Assembly: GCF_006345805.1 (NCBI RefSeq)
Contig: NC_043003.1
Span: forward strand, 67,394,001-67,458,000
Origin: Octopus sinensis
Taxonomy: Eukaryota
Direction: 5' to 3'
DNA: 64,000 nucleotides
The stretch's first letter is position 1, and every line of letters starts with the position of its first letter. Below, one piece after another: positions 40,174 through 53,400 of this stretch. The translations under genes were made by a program, and so were the position numbers. The notes below the pieces were generated by a model, which saw only the letters and a list, made by a program, of their open reading frames with translations, was not told the origin of the DNA and searched no databases.

Positions 40174-41813
40174 GTATGTATTTGTGCATATAATTTTTAT
40201 ATGACGTGTGTGTATAAGCACTCACATATATGCACATGTGTGTGTGTTGTAGGGTTTAGGTTTACGTAATTTGCATGTAGTATTGTATACATGAAATCTT
40301 TTGTCTGCGTGTGTTTATGTGTTAGGACGAGTGTGTTATCTTGTACGATATAACACACTAACATATTCACGTATTATATGTTAATAGAATAATATTAACA
40401 TTTTCCGTATTTTAGATACAGATGTCAATCAGACATTTATCTCAATATTTTTAATCACATTTCCAACTACCAGAGATGAATCTAGCGTTGGCCGTAGATG
40501 CTGCTGGGATGATTTACTCTTCTGTCCGATGTATATGGCGTTTTGTGAAACACACTAGCTCCGTAACAAATGTTCTATTTTGATGAATATCGCAGCAAAT
40601 TGCAATTCAAAACAAAACAGGAACGCCAGAGGACATGTCATGTAGATGCACTACCTTACGCGTATTTCATTAATAATAAAACTAATACATTTATGTATGA
40701 AGTATTCTAATAAGATTCCATTATCAAATTTTCAGAGAATGCCTACATATGTAAATAGACTTTAAGATTCTTAATAGACATTAGAGAGTGACCATGTTGC
40801 GGATTTGAAAACACTGTCCGTTTTTGATTCCTCATCTTGAAAATCATTACGTGTGTTATGCATTCCCTAAAGATTTGATAAAATGATTTAATTAGCTTTT
40901 TCCTTTATATTAAGAGTTTAATTATTAATGAAATGCATTTAAGATAGCACGGCTAAATCTTTTGTGTAAAAATTGTCCTGTTTTGTTATATATATTTAAA
41001 GCTATGTACATATTTGTGGGAATGTATGTAGGTGCGTGACAGCTAATTCAATAAAAATGATGCCAGAAATATGAAGAGTGAAAGAATTGTGAATGAAAGT
41101 ATCAAGCGTAAAATGAAAATGTATTTCTACAGCTGCGAAGGACTGAACATAACATAAAAATAATCGCGAAGTAATAATTTATTTCTAAGCCGATTGCTAA
41201 ATTTGTTTAAAATGAAGTTTATTATATGGGATTTTGGAAGTGAATAGCACTCTGAAACTTAAGAATTGAGATTTTATTCGCTGTTGAAGATATATGATAT
41301 GGTTGTATCTTTCATAGGAATCATAGATGATTACGGAAAATATAGCGAAATGTATACACTAATATTATAAACACGAATCATGTCATATTCAAAGGCAATA
41401 AATCTACTTCAATTACCACCTATGAGATGACACTTTAAATTGTCGGAAACCATAATAAATCCTGTGATTATTCAATTTGTCTGAAGCTTTCAAATTCAAA
41501 GATCGAAATTGTGCAGATATTTAAGTTCAAAGATTTACAATGTTGCGTATTAGGAGTGAAAAACACGGTCTTTAAATCTCTTCCTTGTTCTATCTCTTTC
41601 TATCATCTCTCATTCTATCTCTTTCCTTCAGTTATGCATTTCGAAAATCTGTTAGTAACACATCTTATTTCAATTTCAGAAAAACTCTACATTACACAAA
41701 CACATACACTATACGTACGCACACACACAAACATACACACCCACACACACATACACACACACATAATTGATATAAACAGCTAGTCGCATTAAGTGTGTAT
41801 ATATATATATGTG

Positions 41814-41849
<36 letters not shown>

Positions 41850-41851
41850 AT

Positions 41852-42007
41852 ACATTCAATACAGGCACCAGGCATAGTCATATATGCACTCAAACATCGC
41901 ACATTTACCACACACAGTGAATGATATATATATATCATTCACTGTGTGTGGTATATATGCAATGTTTGTGTGCATATATGTCTATGCCTAGTGCTTGTAT
42001 TGAATGT
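41852..42007. repeat. 156-bp imperfect palindrome centred on (AT)6
   Basis: Arms of about 77 bp with 7 mismatches; the central 48 bp are a perfect palindrome. Confidence 0.9.
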
Positions 42008-42864
42008 GTGATATAAATTTATCGATAATCACACACTCTTATTCACGTACAAACAGAATTGCACGCACATGTGCTTACGGAAAGCTATATATACATATAG
42101 AGGTACATACCTAACTGAAACAATTCTTGTATACGCACATATATTTCTAAGCTCTTCATACATTTTATGACCTTGTCACTCTTTCTCTCGTTTACACATA
42201 TTTTTCATATATATACAAGCGTGTGCTCAAAATATTTTGCAGTCAGTTTTTACGGACTGCTTCGCAAATTTTGCTAAACTTTTTTATCTAGTTCTCTTTT
42301 AACCCAACTATAATCTTTTCAGCCTTTAAATGATCGTTTTATATCAAAGATATTGAGTTAGTTACTTATTATTAATCTTGACCCCCAAAATATTGTATAC
42401 ATGCATATACACATTCTTGTTTCATATCTAGTCTTGACCGCCAGAGACAGCATGATCGAATATTTCTTGCCAGCATACATTATTCTCAAATTTACTTCAG
42501 CATTTTGTTCCACTAAAATCCTTTTGCAATAAGTGGAGGGAAGTGACATGGTGGTGTGGCACAATAAAATCTAATTTGGATTCACTTTTGGGTTTTGTGT
42601 TCATCAACAAGTGTTTAGTTTTGAGAGCTGTCTATATCAAATTCTGTCTTGTTCAACTTTTCTGTATATTGTCCGAGGATTAATTATATTTGATTGCTTT
42701 CTCATAGCATTTACATTCGTGACCACTCTTATTTACCATGATGGATAAGGTGTGAAGAGGAATTATTTCCTGTTAATAAAGATAAGATTCGTTTTCATAA
42801 TTTAGTTTAAATGGCAAAACATCTAGAAGTGTGTTTCACACTTATGTTATTATTAAACGGAACG

Positions 42865-43058
42865 GAGTGGCAGAAAATTGTTTTATCGTTGACGGTATTT
42901 GTTTCAGTTCATTGAGTTGAAATCCTGCTGGGGTTAACTTTGTCTTCAAACCCTCAGGATCAATAAAATAAGGTATAAATCAAGAACGTAGATCGATGTA
43001 ATCGATCGACCACCCTCCTCTCAGAATTGCTGGTCTTTTCCTAGGATTGGAAAGAACC
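42865..43058 (+). mobile_element. tRNA-derived SINE, family B (degenerate)
   Basis: GAGTGGCAGAAAATTG…TTGAGTTGAAATCCTGC…GATCGATGTAATCGA. Confidence 0.55.
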
Positions 43059-45049
43059 TTTAATTGACCTTTACGTACATATTGATCTTCGCAAGATATA
43101 ATTTTCCTCAGAAAAACACATTGTGAGTTGAAGGTAATACATCATGACATACTTTATTTCTCGCACTTGTATAGTTTTGTAGATTAAGTTATTCCCTGCT
43201 GTATGCTATTCACAGTTTTCAACAATTCTTTCAGGAATTGTTAAATATTTGGTAGTTTATTGCTCTTTTGCCGCATAACAGCTTTTCAGTTTTTGTAGTG
43301 GCTTGGTTATTTCTTGATATGATGGGTTTCCCATGGCGGTTTATGGATACCATAATGCTGCCTGTTTTCATGCGTAAAATACTTCTATGTCTCTCGCCAG
43401 TGACCTGCATTTATTTCTATTTTATTTCTATGTATTTTAACAAGAAAGAAAACCGTTTTAAGCGTGTGTCAAGCTATTTGCTTTTCTCATCGAATCGTTT
43501 CCTGTTTTTGCATTTTATTTGCGATTTACCTGGCATCTCCTTGATTAGGATATTCTTTGATTTCGGCTAATGCAAATTTGTTTTGTATTTTCCTGAAATA
43601 GTTGTCGCATTTAGTTCGGCTTTACATTTGACTTGTGTTCACTGATTTCATTTAGAACTGCAATATATTTTCTGTTATTGATTCCTACATTTCTACATGC
43701 TTGCTTTCAACATTGTTTGCCTTGACTTGATATTCCAATACAAATCGATCTCCAGGTGTCTTCTCTTTCCGTTTTGACTTCGCTGATAATTTCATATAAA
43801 CACTCATTTCTTCTTGTAGCTATTTTACTCTTTACTTTATCTGTGAGAGGTTAACTCGTGGGGTTAAAGGAAGATCCGCTATCGATTTTTATTCTTTAAT
43901 TATTTCTGCATTCAGATTATCTTCATATTCATAACATTGAATTCTTAACTTTTCCTGTATTCATTTTCATTCATATTTTAAGTGTTTTGACCTGCTTCAA
44001 CTCCAGTTAGATTGTATGCTGTAGGTGTATAAATGTTCGCTTTTAGTATGTGATTTGTTATATTATTTTGCTCGATTTGAATCCGCTGGCAGAAATTTCG
44101 TGTTTATGATTTCACTGATTTCAAATGAATATATTGTTAGTTTCACTTTTTTTACATTTTCTCTTTCTTAAATACTATTTCTTTCAAGATATCTAATACT
44201 ATCAATCAACTGGGATTCTCTAAGTACTTTAGTCGTCATTCACGACCTCATCAATCACACGGAGTAGAAAGAGCATGTTGTTGATGACGTTACGAATGGC
44301 GTCAAGACGTTTCTAATAGTATGTTTAATAACAACTTAGTTTATTTTTTCTTTCAAACTATTGTGCTTCATTTCCAGATAATATATGTAGACATTTTGGA
44401 ATTCTCTTATCTTGGTATTGCTTCTAAAAAATGTGTTTGTAATATAGAAAAAAACTATTGCTAATATAACACGTTATACCTGACTTGTCTGACATTCTGG
44501 ATCTATTTTATCTTGTTTCAGATCAAGGAGGATGGTCCCTATTAATAAAGAATATTTCTAGTTGTGGTACTGCTGGTCGGGAAGAAGGATTTCGTGATCC
44601 TGGTAACTGGGAACTGCACCCAAATGTTTGAAATGGTCACTAGCAATAAAAGTCTGAATTTGATTTTAGTTTACTAAAGTCACAAGTTTGTACGGTTTTC
44701 TGTGTTTCAGGATATGTATTTCTATTGTTCACATATTTTATGCATCATATTTAAATTATGTTTTTCTTGCATAACCACGATCTAACAATATAAATTTAAG
44801 TTGCATTGCTTATTGTTATTTGAGTGTGTTGAATATGTCTAGAGTTTAGTTGACTTGGATTTCAATGCGGTCTTTGCCCGCAATAAAAAACAGGTTATTG
44901 TATAGATATTTTACGAGCGTTAATGATATGAGGCTATACACAATGTGGAAACTTAGGATTCCTCCAATATATAGGCAATACGTTTGCATTTATTATCATC
45001 ATTCATCTATATTTATCGGAGTAGTGAAATTATTAACTTTATTATCACC

Positions 45050-45500
45050 GAGGGAGAGAGTAGCGCATGCCATTCAAGTGACACTATGGTACAAATACAG
45101 GAAGCCCAATATACCCATCATGACTACCTGTCTGATAAGAATAAAGCAGCCACATATATGACAACTATATGAGCGCGATATAATATCTGCTACCAAGATC
45201 AACAGCACCTGAACTTGCGGGATGGACCCAATTCAAATTTTTTTCAGGTCGAGTACCCCATCCTCCTCAAAAGGTACTTTATGCATAATGAGTGAAAAAT
45301 TTACGTTTCACGAAGCCAATTGTTCAACCATCAAACAATTCCCCGTCAATACCGTCAGCCACTTAGAGACAAGCTCGACTGGATGAGGTTAAGCAACTAG
45401 CAAACAAATATTTGCTGCTGTCCATCATTTATACCATGACAAAATAGGCATGGAAACACTTAAAATCAGTTAATATCAGAAGCCATAAGAACCACTGCTT
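45050..45500. repeat. Unclassified interspersed repeat; a second partial copy lies at 46640-46931
   Basis: Shared blocks CGTCAGCCACT…GGTTAAG…ATTTGCTG…TTATACCA.GACAAAA…TCAGAAGCCAT in both copies. Confidence 0.55.
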
Positions 45501-45502
45501 GT

Positions 45503-46470
45503 TTATTATTACTGTTGTTATTTTATTATTATCATTTTATTGTCTTTGCACACCTTCTAACGCTGGAGACGTACTACGGTGTCAGCTGTTCACTATCAGT
45601 GAACGAATGCAACACCCCATATTTTTCGAGCATCATCCGAAGAATTCGAGCGGTTCCGGTTTATATGCGTACCATGTTTTGCTCTGTTCAGTCCTTACTT
45701 GTTGCATAGTGTCCAATTGACAACCTTTCCTATATTGTCATAAGGTCTCATATATTCTTTCTGGGCTAGAGGGGTACATTGACTGGTAATTTGGCATACG
45801 GTTTCATCATTTTGTCCAGAAATTCTGCACTTATCACTTCATGATGCTTTGCCTATTCTGTATTTGATGTAATTGGTTCTTAATGCTTGCTCTTGACCAG
45901 CACAGATTAGAGCCTCCGTTTTCGGTTTTAAATCACTTTTAGTCATCCATAGATATCGTTTTTCTCTGCCTGTCTTATCTTTAACATCCCTATGAAATTG
46001 TCCATACATTCTTTTCTTTATCCACCTATTTTCTGTTTCATTCATTTTTTTTACATAGCAAGCGATGTTGTTTTATTCTACTCTAACGCTGTGTTCGCAT
46101 CCAATCAGTCCTCTTCCCCCTCTTTTTCTTGATACATACATTCTGTCTTTGTCACTATTTGGGTGGAGTATCCCATATCTAGTCAGTAACGTCCTTGTCT
46201 TTCTTTCTATGCTGTTTACTTCGTCTACTGTCCAAGCGATTACCTCCTGCATATATCTAAGGTGTGAAACAGACCATGTTTTGATAGTTTCAATCTTATT
46301 TTGTCCGGTTAAATTCAACTTAAGGATCAGTGTCAGTCTTAGCAAGTTCTCCAACTCACTTTTTTCCGGCATTTTTTTCTCCACAAATTTATCCATTTCC
46401 AATATCACCAAGTACTTATAGCTCGTCTCTTCTATTTGCTTCATAACCTCCCTCGACGGTATCTTTATTT
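45503..46470 (-). mobile_element. R4/Dong-type non-LTR retrotransposon, 5'-truncated, endonuclease deleted, (AAT)n tail
   Basis: ORFs give SYKYLVILE…RY…WT..E…ERKTRTLLT.YGILHPNSDKDRMYVSRKRGGRGL and YGQF…W…LKPKTEALICAGQEQALRT..IK…CR…ETV..I.S.C..LAQKEY, then C-terminal GTARILR, a 3' UTR and (AAT)n. Confidence 0.9.
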
Positions 46471-46975
46471 ACTACTACTAAATCAAGACTTTTAGCTTCT
46501 ATTACTCTGTCAGTCTGACTGTTATAGTTTCGCAACCTCTTATATTTCTTCTTTTTCTTATTGTTGCTGTTGTTATTATTATTATTATCTTTGTTTCAAT
46601 TTTGTTTCCATTTCTAGCTGAGTGACTTCCGGACGCCTAGGATGTTGAACGAAACACCCATGTTTCCAGAGATGAATTATCCAAACCCCAAAAAATCCCT
46701 TTCAACACATGGCTATGATGCTCCCCTACTACTCCTGCTCGTGCTCAGTGGTGCACATATCGTCAGCCACTAAGGGAAATGGTTAAGGTCAAACGACTGA
46801 CAAGCAAATCTGTGGTATTGAGCAAAATGTTTGCTGTAGCCCTTCTTTTATACCAAGACAAAACAATGTACATGATGACACTTCCAGTCAGAAGCCATGA
46901 GAGGCACGTTCTGGTACTTCATCAGGGCATTTATTATTATTAATATTATTATTATCATCATCATCATCATCATTA

Positions 46976-47336
46976 CAGTGAGACGTGAATCCTCTACTCT
47001 ACACAGGAGCGGCATTTCAACGTCTTTGGCCTTCGTAATTTAAGACCACATCACCACTACCAAAGTCCTCAACCGAGACAAGACACCCAGCATACACATG
47101 TTCCAGCAGCCTCGTTTGCTCTGGCTCGGTCATATTCATTGCGTGCCAGACGGAGGAAGCTCAAGAGTACACTGGCACGTGTAATTGGTTACCGGTACTA
47201 GAGCAAGAGGACGACCTCACCTTCGTTACAAAGATGTCTGTAGGAGAGAGATGAAGTCGATTGATCCGGACGTCCTGAGATGGGAGGAGGTTGCAAATGA
47301 TCGCCCACAATGCAGGTGCGAAAGGGAATGAAGAGA
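46976..47336 (+). mobile_element. RTE-clade LINE 3' fragment
   Basis: Translation SET*ILY..QERHFNVF.LR…RLLWLGHIHCVPDG…LVTGTRARGRPHLRYKDVCRREMK…WEEVANDR is typical of the RTE C-terminus; followed by (ATT)n. Confidence 0.85.
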
Positions 47337-47424
47337 ACATTATCATTATTATTATCATTATTATTATTATTATTATAATTATTATTAGTATTAGTATTAG
47401 TATTATTATTATTATTTGTAGTAG

Positions 47425-47538
47425 AAGTGGTAAGTAGCTTGATTACCAAACTCGTGGTCGATGTGCTCGACTAAAGGTGGTGCTCCAACTTAACCGCAGT
47501 CAAAAATGACAGGAACATGAAAGAAAAAAGTAAAAGAG
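47425..47538 (+). mobile_element. Family A SINE with most of its body deleted (head joined to tail)
   Basis: GTGGTAAGTAGCTTGATTACCAA followed directly by GTCGATGTGCTCGACTAAAGGTGGTGCTCCA…CAGTCAAAAATGAC. Confidence 0.65.
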
Positions 47539-47606
47539 TAGTAGTAGTAGTAGCAGCAGCAGTAGTAGTATTAGTAGTAGTAGCAGCAGTTGTTGTAGTA
47601 GTAGTT

Positions 47607-47654
<48 letters not shown>

Positions 47655-47975
47655 TCTTTCAATTCTGTTTCCATTTCTTACCGAGCGTCTATGATTATTA
47701 TTATTATTATTATGATTATTGTTGTTGTACGTTATATGTAAATATTCACAAACTATGAATAAATCCGAATATAACTCGTCAAAAATACATGAGTGCATGA
47801 GCTTTCAGCTAACACATGTCATATAAATGCGTAATGCTATTCCTCATATAATCCATATTTTTATTCACTGCCTAGGTTTGAATTATCGAGACTACCGCCA
47901 TGTTCATATAGTAAGCATACATTAACATCATGTCAAACTTTTCGTACAAAATTATATGTATACATGTATGTATAT

Positions 47976-48018
<43 letters not shown>

Positions 48019-48079
48019 ATATATATGTATGTATATGTATTAATGTATATATATATGTGTATATTATATAAGTGTGAGT

Positions 48080-48134
<55 letters not shown>

Positions 48135-49110
48135 TATAGATAGATAGATAGACAGATATATAGATATAGACGAGAGAGAGAGAGAGAGAGATAAATGTAT
48201 ATACGTGCAAGTGTATATGCTTGCATGACTGTTCGTTGGTTACTGTACCTGAATATATATGCTTGCAAAAATACATACATAGTTTTTCTAAAATAGGAAA
48301 AGTAATTCAAATGGAAAGCTGTTAAAGTGAAGGTATGAATAACAAATATCATATATTTCTATACCTTATGTGTATAAGTGTCTTAACGTTCCGAAGAATA
48401 AATATCACCCTTATATCCTCTCTTGTGTACATATACGTACGCACTGGTTTTAATGCTTAAAGCAATGGTGTGACCAGGATATTCTCGTGATCGGTAAAGC
48501 AAGGCTTCGTTAACGGCATTGGTTTGTAATTATACTATTGCTTAAAAGAATGTATAGCTTGCGCGTTGGTGCAGAGATGTAAAAAAAATATTATACGCTG
48601 ATGTTATTATTACATGATGAAGGCTGTGAGACTGCTGTAACCCTAATGATATCAAGTAATCAAAGAAATATATTCACCACTCATAGTACTTAACGTATAT
48701 AGTTTATCTATCTATCCATCCATCCATCCAGTCTATATATCTATGCGTCAGTATATATATATATATATATATATATATGTTTATCTGATGAACTTCATTC
48801 ACTTACAGCTGTTTCCGCTGTGCGATGCAGTGGACGCCAAAGTTTAGTTTCTGGAGTTCATAACATAGTTGTTTACTCTTTTGTCATCTCTCGTTCATAT
48901 TACCGCTACATACTCGGCTTGCACTTCGTCCTGAAACATCCGTATATTGAGAGCTACACCGGGTTATTAGTTTCGCGATACCTAAGTGATATATGAAAGT
49001 ATATAAATTTATAGGCAAACAGGCAGATAGATAGATAGATAAATAGATAGGTACATAGTGATTTAATTAGGTAGATATATATATATTGATAGACAGATAG
49101 ACAGGTAGAT

Positions 49111-49166
<56 letters not shown>

Positions 49167-49426
49167 TTATATATAGAGGGCATTATACATACATGCCAGG
49201 AAGCATTGTATATATAATGCCCTCTATATATAAATTAATATGTTCAATAAGAAATAATTTTTTTTCGAAATTTTTTCTCTTATGAGGTTTTACGCATCTA
49301 CCTGACAATTTCTTGTTAAGTTTTCCTTATTAGTAGTTGTCCTTAATTGCTATATATATATATATATATATATATACATACCTACATACAATCATATATA
49401 TCTATCCATACACCCATTCTCAATCC

Positions 49427-50222
49427 GGAGCTGATGCGGATTCGCACCTCTTCTTAAAAAACGCATTTTTCTGAAAAACATTTTTCGGATTCCTACGTTT
49501 TTGGATGTCAGAGATTACAAATATACAAAAGCGAAAAGAAAATTTACCCCACCCCTATTTAAAATTTTGAATGTTTTGGAATTTTTTTTTCCCCCAATAT
49601 TTTATATGACGGAGATTCCGAATATGCAAGAAACCATATTTTGAAAATTTTAGGTCAGTAAATATATAGATATGTGTATAAAGAGATAGATATGAATGTC
49701 CTCATGGGGTTAAAACAACAGTAACACCGTCTTCTATAGAACCGCCGCATTCAGTTCACAAATATATTTTATGAATAAACGGACAAGGGTAAATAGATAG
49801 ACAAATAAATCGATGAAAAAGTTCAAAATTTAAAATTGGGGTAGGGAGTGAAATTAGAGCCGCTTATTAAATTGTATAACATTAATTATTAAACGGTGTT
49901 TGTTTCTCATAAAATGATGTATATTTAATTTACATTAAATTATTATTCAAGATTATTTAAGGCAACCATAAATAAAACGAAAATTATTTTCTCTTTAATG
50001 TTTATTTTTTAAATTTATTTCGATTCGTTAACTCGCTACAATCTCTTTAAAGTCGATAAAATAAAATCTAAATTGGGAGGGGGGAGGAAGAGGTGGAGAG
50101 GGGAGATTTTTTTTTTCTTTTTTGCATATTCGTAATATCCGACAACGAAAATGTAGGAATCCAGAAAAATATTTTTTAAAAAATGCATTTTTCAAGGAGA
50201 GGTGCGAAACTCCATTAGCCCC
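49427..50222. mobile_element. Non-autonomous DNA transposon with long TIRs (Mutator-like MITE), copy 1
   Basis: TIRs of about 100 bp: GGAGCTGATGCGGATTCGCACCTCT…/…AGAGGTGCGAAACTCCATTAGCCCC. The flanks CTCAATCC and TTCAATCC give an 8-9 bp TSD. Confidence 0.75.
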
Positions 50223-50250
50223 TTCAATCCATCTTCTTTTGTGGATAAAC

Positions 50251-50290
<40 letters not shown>

Positions 50291-50884
50291 AGTGTGCGTG
50301 TGTCGAGATGTTTATGACATTATGTGTGAGTTTCTCTATTTGAGTTTGTCTCGCAGAAGAGCTTGCCTTTTTAATCCCCTTAACATAGTGGTCCTACACT
50401 TAAATCAACGTAATAACTACCAGACGATCAGATATAGGCTAGAGTTGATTTCAAAAGACGATAAACAAAAGCTACAGACACAGAAAAGAAAAAGAGAAAA
50501 GAGGTAGGAAAAGGTCACAAAACACTAGGATAAAAATGATGTTTTTATTAATTCAACTAACTTTACAAAAAGACGAGTGAATTTATATATAGACATACAC
50601 ATTTATATATATAGATATACAGTTACACACACTCAGACGCACACAGACACATACATATATACATAATATATATATAAAGTTATATCTTGAGCGACAACAA
50701 CGCTCAATATATACAACAGACTGGAAATAGAAGTGCTCCAATGAGATGTATGCACTTTTTTATGTGTGTATGCATACATACATATATATATATATATATA
50801 TAATATATATATATTATATATATATATATACATACCTACATACAATCATATATATATATATATCCATACACCCATTCTCAATCC

Positions 50885-51684
50885 GGAGCTGATGCGGATT
50901 CGCACCTCTTCTTAAAAAACGCATTTTTCTGAAAAACATTTTTCGGATTCCTACGTTTTTGGATGTCAGAGATTACAAATATACAAAAGCGAAAAGAAAA
51001 TTTACCCCACCCCTATTTAAAATTTTGAATGTTTTGGAATTTTTTTTTCCCCCAATATTTTATATGACGGAGATTCCGAATATGCAAGAAACCATATTTT
51101 GAAAATTTTAAGGTCAGTAAATATATAGATATGTGTATAAAGAGATAGATATGAATGTCCTCATGGGGTTAAAACAACAGTAACACCGTCTTCTATAGAA
51201 CCGCCGCATTCAGTTCACAAATATATTTTATGAATAAACGGACAAGGGTAAATAGATAGACAAATAAATCGATGAAAAAGTTCAAAATTTAAAATTGGGG
51301 TAGGGAGTGAAATTAGAGCCGCTTATTAAATTGTATAACATTAATTATTAAACGGTGTTTGTTTCTCATAAAATGATGTATATTTAATTTACATTAAATT
51401 ATTATTCAAGATTATTTAAGGCAACCATAAATAAAACGAAAATTATTTTCTCTTTAATGTTTATTTTTTAAATTTAATTTCGATTCGTTAACTCGCTACA
51501 ATCTCTTTAAAGTCGATAAAATAAAAAATCTAAATTGGGAGGGGGGAGGAAGAGGTGGAGAGGGGAGATTTTTTTTTTCTTTTTTGCATATTCGTAATAT
51601 CCGACAACGAAAATGTAGGAATCCAGAAAAATATTTTTTAAAAAATGCATTTTTCAAGGAGAGGTGCGAAACTCCATTAGCCCC
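50885..51684. mobile_element. Same MITE, copy 2 (part of the tandem duplication)
   Basis: Same TIRs and same TSD as copy 1. Confidence 0.75.
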
Positions 51685-51712
51685 TTCAATCCATATTCTT
51701 TTGTGGATAAAC

Positions 51713-51746
<34 letters not shown>

Positions 51747-52236
51747 AGTGTGCGTGTGTCGAGATGTTTATGACATTATGTGTGAGTTTCTCTATTTGAG
51801 TTTGTCTCGCAGAACAGCTTGCCTTTTTAATCCCCTTAACATAGTGGTCCTACACTTAAATCAACGTAATAACTACCAGACGATCAGATATAGGCTAGAG
51901 TTGATTTCAAAAGACGATAAACAAAAGCTACAGACACAGAAAAGAAAAAGAGAAAAGAGGTAGGAAAAGGTCACAAAACACTAGGATAAAAATGATGTTT
52001 TTATTAATTCAACTAACTTTACAAAAAGACGAGTGAATTTATATATAGACATACACATTTATATATATAGATATACAGTTACACACACTCAGACGCACAC
52101 AGACACATACATATATACATAATATATATATAAAGTTATATCTGAGCGACAACAACGCTCAATATATACAACAGACTGGAAATAGAAGTGCTCCAATGAG
52201 ATGTATGCACTTTTTTATGTGTGTATGCATACATAC

Positions 52237-52299
<63 letters not shown>

Positions 52300-53026
52300 A
52301 TGTGTGTGTGTGTGTGTGTCTGTGTGTCTGTGTGTGTGTGTGGATGGATAGTGTTAGGTGTGGCGTACGGATATTGAATATTGAGAAAAAAGGTGGCCAG
52401 AACTTTGGAAAAAAACCTTATTTCTTCATTATTATTAGCGCTTTCGTTCGTCTCTCGAATAGAATTTTGTTAATGTACAAACATATTGTTCATTTATGAA
52501 AACAGATGTTTTTTTGCTTTCGTTTAGAAGAAAACATTGAAAAATGGAAGTAAAGGAAAAAGAAGGAAAGAAGGGAACAAAAGAGAAAAAAAGCAAAAAG
52601 ACTTTCAGTGATGACCACACCACATCTGTGTTTTCTTTCTTGAAGAGGTCACCATTCTTAAACACATTTCAATAAAATGGTAAATGACTAAAGCAATAAA
52701 TGAATGGTGAATAGGAAGGGGAATCTCCTTTCCCTTATCTCTCTCCCCATCTCTCTAACTATCTATCTATGTGACTATCTATCTATCAACCTATCTACCA
52801 AATATCTATCTATCTATCTATCTCCATTGTCGTGGAACTTCATTCCTCCCTCCAAAAAGAAAAAAACAACAACGGTCTCCTAGACAAAATCCCCAACAAG
52901 CATCTCTTTTATATAAATGAACAAGCTGTTTGTACATTCACCAAATTCTATTTGACAAGTAAGAGAAACGAATGAAAGCGCTTAAAATGAATAAACGAAA
53001 AATATTTTTTCCCAAAATTCTAGCGA

Positions 53027-53062
<36 letters not shown>

Positions 53063-53063
<1 letters not shown>

Positions 53064-53400
53064 CGGGAAGCTTTATGAAAATAGACAAAAGACGAAGGCA
53101 GGTTTACGGAAACAAACAAAAGACGAAGGCAGGTGGAATACAAACAAACAATTGTATTAGTATGGCGCTCAGGAAATATAAATAAAACAAGTCTTCAACG
53201 TTTCGAGTCTACGCTCTTCAACAGAAAGATACACAGAGAAAAAACACAGAAAGAAGGAGAGAAAAAATATATGCGTGCAGAGGCTAGCGAATCAACATGG
53301 CGATCTGATTTCGGCCAGAAGTCAAAGATCAAACGTGAGACGCAAGAACGAAATTAGGGGAGATAATAGGGTTGAATGACCTCGCTCCAACATAAGAGTG
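53063..53400 (-). mobile_element. Probable Penelope-like pLTR remnant with a hammerhead-like motif, in (TA)n
   Basis: Minus strand 53229-53192 reads TCTTT CTGTTGA A GAGC-GTAG-ACTC GAAAC GT T GAAGA, the minimal type I hammerhead layout. Confidence 0.5.

Larger units (their letters stand above)
49372..52240. repeat. Near-identical ~1.46-kb direct tandem duplication bounded by (TA)n tracts
   Basis: 49372-50785 repeats at 50826-52240 (offset 1458-1462) with only a few substitutions and homopolymer or microsatellite indels. Confidence 0.93.

Noticed and set aside
45464-45482. Short resemblance to U2 snRNA (ATCAGTTAATATC.GA)
   Set aside because: Only about 16 nt with an indel in AT-rich DNA; the rest of U2 is absent.
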